Positions 1 through 10,000 of a stretch of DNA of 64,000 bases are shown one piece after another (position 1 is the stretch's first letter; the number at the start of each line of letters is the position of its first letter). This stretch comes from Eledone cirrhosa (lineage: Eukaryota). Position numbers and translations under genes: made by a program. The notes under the pieces are model-generated. The model had not been told where the DNA came from, did not search any database, and was given only the letters and a program-made list of their open reading frames with translations. The stretch spans positions 177,072,001 to 177,136,000 of the forward strand of contig OZ024743.1 of assembly GCA_964016885.1 (NCBI GenBank), written 5' to 3'.

Positions 1-1088
1 AGTGGGATCACAGGTAAGCTAACTAAGAACATAGATTTTACATGTGGCCGGTGTTCTGGTGCAATAAGTAGCAGCAAGTGCCCACAAAATACTAGTTCTT
101 TCAATTGCGCAGAGGGTTCTATAGAAATAGTGGACAGCTTCCGTTACCTGGGCGATAAAATCAGCAGTGGGGGAGGGTGCTCTGAAAGTACTGTAGCTAG
201 AGTCAGAACTGGTTGGAAAAAGTTCAGAGAGCTTATACCACTATTAGCTGCTAAAGGGTTCTCCCTAAAAATGAAAGGCAGGTTGTACGATGCCTGCATA
301 CGAACAGCAATGTTGCATGGCAGTGAGACCTGGGCATTGTGTGCAGAGGATATACGCAGACTAGAGAGGAACGAAGCTTGCATGCTCCGCTGGATGTGTA
401 ACAGTAATATACGTGAACGGCAAAGCATAAACGAACTAAGGAAAAAATTAGAGATAAGAGGGATCAGATGTTGTTTACTCGAGAGAAGGCTACGTTGGTA
501 TGGACACGTGATGCGCATGAAAGTCGATAGCTGTATAACAAAGTGCAGGGCAATAAAGATAGACGGTAGTCACGGAATAGGCAGACCTAGAAAAACCTGG
601 GACGAGCTGATAAACTCCGACATCACACACTTACACCTCTCCAAGACAATATCACTGGACCGAGACCTTTGGCGGTACTCAGTAACAGAGAAGACCCGCC
701 TTACCTAAATATATAGTAAAACCTACTCCAGCCAGTAGGCATCTCTAACAAAATACACCCCGTCCCACCACCCCCACCCCATTCTATGTAAAGTTATGTT
801 GGTGCCGTGCCATCCAGGCCGAAACAAATGAGATCGTGTAGGTGTCACGACAAAAAAACACACAGTCCACGCTGTAATGTGGCCGTGTAGGCAACACGGT
901 AAAAACCTCCCAGCCCCACACTGTAAATGTGGTTGGTGTTAGGAAGGGCATCCAACTGTAGAAAACCTGCCAGACAGTCCTATGCGAGCAAGACAATCAC
1001 TCTTGCCTCAAGTGGGACTACCCCCGTCCAAACCCATGCAAGCGTGGAACACGGACGTTAAACGTTGATGATGATGATGATGATGATG
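1..1088 (+). mobile_element. RTE-clade LINE, 3' part (RT C-terminus, 3'UTR, (GAT)n tail)
   Basis: ORF 130-708 has RTE motifs FRYLG, LHGSETW, ERRLRWYGHVMRM and GRPRKTW. 3'UTR contains GTTAGGAAGGGCATCC and ends CGGACGTTAAACGTT(GAT)n at about 1067-1088. Confidence 0.9.
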
Positions 1089-1801
1089 TATATATATGAC
1101 TGCATTATAAAGTTGATTTTTACAACATGCAGGGTTATGGTTTAGAATAAGGACACCGTATCCCTGGATGTCTAAGAAGTGACTAATAAGGTTGGAGTTA
1201 AGAAGGGCATTCAGCTGTCAAACAATTCCTTAAAAGCCCATGCCAACATGGAATAGTGGACAGAATTACAAAGATGATGATAAGATAGATAGAATTATCA
1301 TTATTTTTATGTCCACTTTTCCATTCCGGCATGAGTTGGATATAATAATTGTTTCTACATTTGGCACAAGGCCAGCAATTTACCAGTACATTACTGGTAC
1401 TTTATTTTATAATAATGATAATGAAAATTTTTATGTACAATGCTCAGGTACACTACAATTCATCAACGATGTATGTATAATACATAGAATAATGTACAAA
1501 AGTCAGGAAAGTGAACATGAGCCATGATATATACACAGACACACATGCGTGTGTGTGTGTGTATGGAGCGGGAATATCAGGTATAGTGTTGGTGAATTTC
1601 GAGAAGCATGGAAGTTTTGAAGCTAATAACTAGTGCAGGTAATTTGTTCCATGTTTCAGCAACTCTGAGTGTAAAAAAATGAGGCTAAGCTGCAGCCCAG
1701 TGAGATGAAACCCAGAACCAGGTGATATCAAAGTGAAATTCTAAATCACACAGCAATGATTGACTCCAAAATGTACTTTTTAGAATGAAAGGCATATTCA
1801 C

Positions 1802-1933
1802 CTTGGAGGTTTTAACTGATTTCCGGTGGGATTTTTCTATGGCAGTTTTGGCACTCTTGGAACTGGTTATCTCTTGTTTTACATCATAAGCCAAAGTGGG
1901 TAGTATTTGTTTCTGATTCTGCTCATGAAGACG
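1802..1933 (-). CDS. CCDC138: CCDC138-like gene, coding exon 7 (RLHEQNQKQ...KSVKTSK)
   Basis: TTTTAG acceptor at 1936-1934, GTGAAT donor at 1801, 132 nt, phase 0-0. End ...VKTSK parallels ...VSKTYK of human CCDC138 as recalled. Confidence 0.75.
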
Positions 1934-2042
1934 CTAAAATATATATATACATATATGCATCATCATCTTCATCACAATTTTATATATATATATATAGAGA
2001 TAGATAGATAGATAGATAGAGATAGATAGATAGATAGATATA

Positions 2043-5000
2043 TTTCTTTATTAGCCACAGGGGCACAAAAGAAGGGGACAAATACAAAGGGGGAAGTTTA
2101 CATACAATAAAAACGTGTAAAATGTTATCACAAATGGAATTTAAAAAGTTAGTCGATTTTCCCCAATAGGGGGAGACAGTTTATATGGGTAACACACACC
2201 CCCGAAAAAAAAATGTGCAACCCTCAACTCCAGGAGTACGAAGAGTTTGTACTCCTTTCCTCTCCTCCTCCTTTTCCTCAACCTACAGGCTGATATAGAG
2301 AGAAGGCCCATTCACTCGGGCCATTCTCGCCACTTTCACCCACCTTTCACAAAACTTGCTGGGGTACAGCACCTCTCTCTCCATCCTGATTCTTCTTCCA
2401 AAGTGGTATTTGAAAAAAAGAATCAGTTGTTGGCCGGAGAGAAAGGTGTCTGACCTCAGCCCTTTCAACCTTGTCCACCATACAACCTCTTTCGCCATAG
2501 CTATCACACAAAGGAAAACCGCCTCTCCTTCGTTTTTGAAGGAGGGTGGCGGTTTGATCATGACAGGGATGCCCTGCAATAGCTCCAGCTTCCGCAGTAG
2601 TGGCTCGAGAGTCAGTACGTACAGAAGGGAGGAGAGAGGGCATCCCTGTCGAATGGATCGCGTAATATGGAACGGCTCCGAGAGGTAGCCGTTCACCTTG
2701 ACCCTTGAGCAGATGTTGCTATTGTGCATTGCAGCAATCCAGCCCCTGAACACGGGTCCGAAGCCTGCCGCCTCGAGCACCGCATCCAGGTAACGATGGT
2801 CAACCCTATCGAAAGCCTTAGACTGATCCAAGTTGATCAGGGCCCCACCGAAGCCGGGTTTACACCCTACCCTCTCTATGATGTATCGCATAAGGTGGAG
2901 GTTGTCGTGTATGGACCTGGTCGGGATTGCGCATGTCTGCGCTTCTCCCACCAGTTTCTCGACGACAAGCGCCAGCCTCTTTGCCAACACCTTGGCCAAA
3001 ATCTGTAACTCTGTGTTTAGCAGAGTTATGGGCCGGAAGTTGCCTATGTCATCCCCCTTATTCTCGTCCTTCCTGATTAGTGTGACCACGCCCCTGGTTA
3101 CAGAACTGGGAATTCTCCCATTCTGTTGCCAGTTGCAGTAGACCGCTTGCAGGAGACCGGAGAATAGGTCCGGCATTGCTACGTAAAATTCGTAGGGTAG
3201 ACCGTCGAGACCTGGAGATTTGCGTTTGCCGCATTGGCTCAGCGCGTCCCCTATCTCAGTGGCTGAAATCGGCTTTTCGCAGAACTTTGCCTCGCTGTCT
3301 GAGAGTCGCGGTAGGCCGTCGAGGTATGGACCGAAATCCATAGCCCCTCCCGGCGCGTGCCCCGCCCGAACAGCCGAGCAAAGTGCCGCTGAAAATCCGC
3401 ACACATCTGCTTCGGCTCACGTAACACGCGTCCGTTTTGGTCCTTCAAAGACCGAATCGTGGACTTGTTGCCACTTTTTGCCTCCGTCACTCGGGCCCAG
3501 CTAACAGCTTTGGCTCCCTCGTTTCCCAGAGCACGTATTTTGCTTCTGACAAACAGCCCTCGTGCTTTGCGTCGAAGAACTGGTCCAAGGCCGTTCTCGT
3601 TGCTAGCACGCTGGCTACGTTGCCACTTCTAATTGCCTCTTCTACTTTATCTACCAGTTCCTTCTCGGTTCTATTTCTATCTAACGCTAATTCTTTACTA
3701 AAAACTATCGAGTCTAATCTAACTGCCCTCTTGAGAGAGTACCACCATCTGTTGTTGACAATGGCCCCTGTCAAGTGCTGTTTAACTAAAGTCCTAATCC
3801 GTCTACTGTAGGCTTTGCTTGTCGGTAACGACAAGTTCAGCTTCCAGTAGCCGGGTCCTTGTCTATGGGTTCTATCAAGGTTGGCCATGCAGGTCACTAG
3901 TTTGTGATCTGAATAGGCAACCATGAACATTTGTGGACAGCTTAACATGTCCCTATCCTTATTTCTAACTAGAACCCTATCTAGGTACGATCTAGATGTT
4001 CCGCTACGATTACTCCACGTCCACAGTGGCACAGTCGGAAAATCTAGTCGATATCTATCGGCCAGGTCAAATCGGTCGATTAACTGTTTGAGGCTGTTAC
4101 ACCCCCCCCTTTATCGGGACATACTCCCACATAGTCCCAACGTGCATCTAGGATTCCATTCCAGTCCCCCACTAAAAGCAAGGAGCGGGACGTTCCCAGA
4201 AAAGTCTCTAGACGTTTGAAGAAGTCTGGCCGCGGTGTCCCGGATGGGGCATATGCGGCCACCAGCCTGAAGGCTCCACCTTCACTACCGTCAATGTCTA
4301 GGACCACCAGTCGACCCTCCGGGTCCAGATGTACCGTCTGTGTTACGAGGCCCAGGTGTTTCCACAGCAAAACGGCAACTCCGCCCCCACCCCCCGGTTG
4401 ACAGAGAGATGCGTAGATCTCAAAGTCATCGAAGATGGGGGCCAGCTGTCGCTCGCCGTGGATCCTGGACTCGCAAATGGCTACCACATCCATACTGTGC
4501 GACCTGAGGTCGTTTAAGAGTTTGCCCTGTTTCCAGGGCATCCCCAGGCCGCGTACGTTCACACATACAACTCTTACATTGGCCATGTTGGTGCTGAAAA
4601 GTTAAAAGAGGAAAAGAGATCACTCACCCTTCGCCACCTGGGGACCAGGCCGCACGATTTCCATGGGGGTGTTGGAGGGGTTGTCTGGATGGGTGGTGGT
4701 TTCCGGCGGGGTGGGGATGCAGATGTTTGATGGGGTGGGGTCTGGTGGGATGGGGGTGTCTGGGGTGGGGAGGCATTTGAGAAGGACGCGGTTGAGTGGT
4801 TTCACGCAGGAATTACCCACATCCTTCTCAAATGTTTCTTTTAGGGACCTATAAGTTTGTATAGGGACCCTAATCAGTTTTAGGTTCAGTTTTTTGCTAT
4901 TTTTAATAGAGTGGGCGAAAGTTTTCCCTTCGGTGAAAACCGAAGGAGGTTCGTGATTGTCTCCATTAGTGTTTTGTTTTCGGTGTTTATGTAAGTGTAA

Positions 5001-6754
5001 GTGTAATTTTCTTGTGTTGTGTTTGTTTTTGTCTGTAGTTCTTGTGTGTGCTTTCGTTTTGTTGTAGGTATTTTGTTTTCAGGAGGTGGGGGTTTTGTTT
5101 GTGATGTTTTTGTTGTTTGTGTTGGTGGTGGTATGTTTGTGGTAGTGTTTGCTGGTTTTTTGCTTTTGTGATGTCTTTTCTTTCTTTTCGAGCGATGGGG
5201 TTCTCCCTCGTCTTCACTGGGTGATGGCGAGATAGCCTCATCTGTTGTATCGTCTGTGTGATTGGGGAGGGGTATGTCTTGGGGAGCTGTTGTGTCTGTA
5301 TGTGATTTTGCAGTGGTTTTAGGTGGAGTGGGGTTGGGTGGGACTGTGTTTGTTGTGGTTATTTTTGTGTGTTGGTGTTGTTGTTGTTGTGGTGGTGTTG
5401 GTGGTTGTGTTGTTTTGATGGGTGTCGGCAGAAGAGCCTTTTTTTGGTTCATTAGTTTAGGACAGGAAGCCCTCAGGTGACCCCTGCTAAAGCAATGGTA
5501 ACATGAAGGCCGCCTACCCTCAAACGAAAGGTTTATGTAGGTGAGTCCGTCCAGGAGTACACGCTGTGGGATCATAGCTATTCGCTCTGGGCTCATTTGC
5601 ACCAGAACTTCAATGCTAGTCCCATTGAATACATCTCTGGGGGACTTTCCTACTGACAGTATTCTGTCTTCATCAAAATTGATGAAGCCACACAGTATCC
5701 ACCATATGTTCACCTTTGGTGTGACACTTGTGATTCTGATCTTTTGTGTCCTTTTTCCCATGTATGTAGGGAAAAAGGTGTACAGGTTGGATACAATTGG
5801 CGACACAGAGTAATTTTGGGCCGTCAATTGATCCTTCATGAGTACCGAAATACTCCCAAAAAGTTTGCTTCTTTGAATGAATGCAATATCATTCATTGAA
5901 TTTTTGAAAACCAGTTCAATTTCTTTCTGTGACAATTGGACTGGTTTTCGGGTAGAATTGGAAACTGTCCTAAAAACTATCGTTTTGAGAGCAGTTTCCT
6001 TGCGAATTTCTACCGGAGAATTGATGCTGAAAGCACCATTTTTATCGAAAGTGACATATCTCTTAGCGTCCTTTAAAAGTTGTTCAGCATTTGTTATGTC
6101 GAGATATATCAATTCTTCTTTCTTTTGAACTTTCTCTGCAAAGGAGATTTTTGGTTTCTTTGTGGAATCCGTATTGGTGGTGTTGTCATTATTGTTGTTA
6201 TTGTTGTTGTTATTCTTGTTGTCACCGATGTTGGTATCATCCGTATTTTCCTTGGTGTTGTTGTTGTCTTTGATGCTGGTGTTATTGGCGTTGTCTTTAT
6301 TTTTTTCTTTGTTGTTGTTATCATTGTTGCTTTTATCATCATTATTGGTTTTGCTGTTATTTTTGTTGTCATTGAACTGTTTGGTGTCATTTGTGTTGTT
6401 TGGATATGAATTCGTTTTTTTTATTTTCATTTTGTCTTTCCATCTCTATAGTATCTAGTAAAGAAGACGTTGTTGACTGCGAGCTTGGTAGTCTTACCGC
6501 CTCTCCACCACCATTATCGTTGGATGCAGCGTTCATAACGTAATCAAAATTTTACAATATTTTTTTCAAAGATTCGATGGAGAAAAATTTTTTACATGGA
6601 TATTCCGCCCCTGTAGGGGCGAAAATGAGTTGACCCACCACCTGAAGGTCCAGACGGGTGGTCAAGTTACACAATGATATAAAATTTAACTAAAAACTCA
6701 CGTTTTTTTCTTACATAAATTAACGGAAACTTCTCCGCGAAGTTACACACGTCT
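2043..6754 (-). mobile_element. Tx1/L1-clade LINE copy A, both ends present, frameshifted, about 1.1 kb internal deletion in ORF2
   Basis: ORF1 (about 6536-4620) has an Asn-rich N-terminus and the knuckle CYHCFSRGHLRASC. ORF2 pieces (4586-2283) have APE motifs (NVRG, GDWN, YLDR, SDH), GPGYWKLN and RT motifs (DQSKAFDRV, RQGCPLS); the YADD region is deleted. AATAAA at the 3' end; (GATA)n on both sides. Confidence 0.92.
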
Positions 6755-6796
6755 GATAGAGAGAGAGATAGATAGATAGATAGATAGATAGATATA

Positions 6797-7049
6797 TTTC
6801 TTTATTAGCCACAGGGGCACAAAAGAAGGGGACAAATACAAAGGGGGAAGTTTACATACAATAAAAACGTGTAAAATGTTATCACAGATGGAATTTAAAA
6901 GTTAGTCGATTTTCCCCAATAGAGGGAGACAGTTTATATGGGTAACACATACCCCCGAAAAAAATGTGCAACCCTCATCTCCAGGAGTACGAAGAGCTTG
7001 TACTCCTTTCCTCTCCTCCTCCTTTTCCTCAATCTACAGGCTGATATAG

Positions 7050-7052
<3 letters not shown>
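6797..7052 (-). mobile_element. 5'-truncated Tx1 copy A' (3'UTR plus ORF2 stop)
   Basis: Near-identical to 2043-2300, flanked by (GATA)n on both sides. Confidence 0.9.
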
Positions 7053-7098
<46 letters not shown>

Positions 7099-7099
7099 T

Positions 7100-10000
7100 G
7101 TTTCTTTTATTTGCCACCAGGGTATCAAAAGTGGGACAAGTACAATGGGGGGAGTTTACAAAACAAAGCGTCCTCAATAAGGAGGAGGCAATAACAAAAT
7201 ATAAAAATAAAATAAAATATAACAGAATAAAATTTATAACAAAATCCTCAATAGAGAGGCGCCTTGGGGGGTCGCACACACCCCCGAAAAAAAGTGTGCA
7301 ACCCTTTTCCTCAGGAGCACAGAGAAGGGGTGCTCCCTTGGTCTTTCATCTTCCTCACCTATAGTCTGATGTAGAGTGAAGGCCCATTCACACGGGCCAT
7401 TCTCGCCACTTTCACCCATCTTTCATAAAAACGGCTGGGGTGCAGCACCTCTCTCTCCATCCTGATCCTTCTTCCGAAATAATATCGGAAGAAACGGACC
7501 AGTTGTTGGCCAGAGAGAAAGGTGTCTGACCTCAGTCCTTTCAGACGCATCCACCATACAACCTCTTTCGCCATGGCTATTACGCACAGAAACACCGCCT
7601 CTTCTTCGTTTTTGAAGAGGGGAGGCGGCTTGATCGTTACAATAGACTCGGTGGTCAACCGGATCGGTCCCACCCTTGACAGCAGTTGTTCGACATAGCC
7701 CCACAGATCGGTAATGCCCGAGCAGTGTACCAATGCATGTGCAACGGTTTCCTCGTTGCACACGCATCTGGGACAGATCTTTTTCGAGGGGTCCCTACCC
7801 GGGCGCCCGTGTCTGTAGAGCCTTTCTCGAACGGACAGAGCCCTTCTGTAACATTGCCAGGCCACGGACATCTGGAAGTTATCCATGGGTCCCGGGCTGA
7901 ATGTCCTCCCGAACAGGTTGGCCAGTTCGTCTTCCTCCATGCCTAGGGCTTCTCCGAGGGCGTCGTCGCACCTAACCACCAGCCCTCTATAGAATGACGA
8001 GGTGGATTCTCCACTGAGAGCCGGGTCCGCCTGCCAGAGAGCCGTGAGCGCCTGGGCACACGCGGTGTGCCAGGCGCCCAGTTTTCTCGGTCTTTGCTTG
8101 ACCCAGGATTGCAGCTCGGTGAGTGAGACGAGTCTGGGAAAGGCTCGCCTCACAAACGGGGCCCACACCGGTTGACCGGAGAGGAATACCTGAAGGTGCC
8201 GTAGCCTTAATGCGTGTTTACGTATCATTAGCCACGGCATCCCCAGCCCTCCTTTCGAAGGGTGTTGACAGCAGATGGATCTCCTCACCATAGGAGCCTG
8301 CTTTTTCCAAAGGAATTGGAAGAGTGCGCGCTCCATTTTGGCGAGCGTTTCCCTTGGGCAAGGCACAACGGTCAAGCGGTAGTAGATGACGGACGCTATA
8401 TAAGTGTTCGCCACCTCCGCCCGACCTTTCAGGGACAGTTTGCACTCAGCCCACTTCTGGGTCAGTGCAAACACCCTGTTCGTTATCTCACCCCAGTTCT
8501 TCTCCACCTGGAGGTCTGGTCCCTCCGTCCAGCACCCGACGACGCCATCGGAGGGCATCGATCTGCCCCTCCACGTGCCGAGTTGCAGACCGATCGACTT
8601 GTCCCGGTTCAGCTTAGCCCCTGTAAACCTTTCGTACTCCTCCAGTAAGGTGCCGATCGCCCCGATTTCCGAGGCCATCAACACCATTACTGTTACGTCA
8701 TCGGCGTAGGCTGACACCGCTTTCCGCAATCCCGGTTCCAACGGGATGCCCTGCAACAACTCCAACTTCCGCAGCAGTGGCTCTAGAGTCATTACATACA
8801 GAAGGGAGGAGAGAGGGCACCCCTGACGGATGGACCGCGCGATTTCGAACAGCTCCGAGAGGTCGCCGTTCACCTTGACACTAGAGCAGATGCGGCTGCT
8901 GTGCATGGCATTGATCCAGCCCCTGAAAACGGGTCCGAAGCCTGCTGCCGCTAGCACCGCATCCAGGTAACCATGGTCGACCCTATCGAATGCCTTAGAT
9001 TGATCCAAGTTGATCAGGGCCCCACCAAAGCCGGGTTCGTTCCCAACCCTCTCTATGATGTATCGCATGAGGTGGAGGTTGTCGTGGATGGACCTGGACG
9101 GGATAGCACATGTATGCGCATCTCCCACCAGGTTATCCACGACAAGCGCCAACCTCTTTGCTAGCACCTTGGCCAAAATCTGTAACTCTGTATTTAGCAG
9201 AGTTATGGGCCTGAAATTATTTATATCGTCCCCCTCGTTCTCGTCCTTCCTCACTAGCGTGACTACGCCCTTGGGTACAGCACAGGGAATTCTCCCGTTC
9301 TGTTGCCAGTTGCAGTAGACCGCCTCGAGGAGATCGGGGAACAAGTCCGGCATAGCTAGATATAGTTCGTATGGAAGACCATCGAGACCCGGGGATTTGC
9401 GTTTGCCGCATTGGCTCAGCACGTCCTCTATCTCAGCGGCTGAAATCGGCTCCTCGCAGGACTTCGCCTCCCTGTCCGAGAGACGCGTCAGGCCGTCGAG
9501 GTATGGACCGAAGTCTACATCCCCAACCGGCTCCCCGCCCCTTCCGAACAATCCGGCAAAGTGCTTTTGAAAAGTCTCGCACATCTGCTTAGGTTCAAGG
9601 ATCACCCATCCATCCTGGTCTCGCAAAGACCGAATAGTGGATCTGCTCCCTCTTTTGGCTTCTGTCACACGGGCCCAGCTAACAGCTTTGGTCCCCTCGT
9701 TTCCCAGAGCACGTATTTTGTTTCGGACGATGCAGCCTTCGTGTTTCGCATCGAAGAACTGGCCCAGGGCCGTTCTCGACGCTAGCACTCTGGCCACGTC
9801 GCCGCTTCTAATTGCCTCTTCTACACTATCTACCAACTCCCTTTCCTTCCTATTTCTATTTGCGGCTAACTCCTTACTAAATTCTATAGAGACTACTCTA
9901 ATCTCTCTTTTGAGAGATCCCCACCACCTGCTGTTGACGATGGCGCCCATCAACCGCTCCTTAAATAAAGTGCTAATCCGGTCCCTGTAAGCCTTACTTG

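Noticed and set aside
2555-2580. Copy A's 1.1-kb ORF2 deletion as a splicing product
   Set aside because: Comparison with copy C shows no GT..AG at the breakpoints, only a short TG microhomology; it looks like an ordinary deletion.
7034-7279. Hydrophobic ORF in copy B's 3'UTR as an env-like ORF3
   Set aside because: Explained by U-rich composition, runs into the microsatellite, and is not conserved in frame in A or C.
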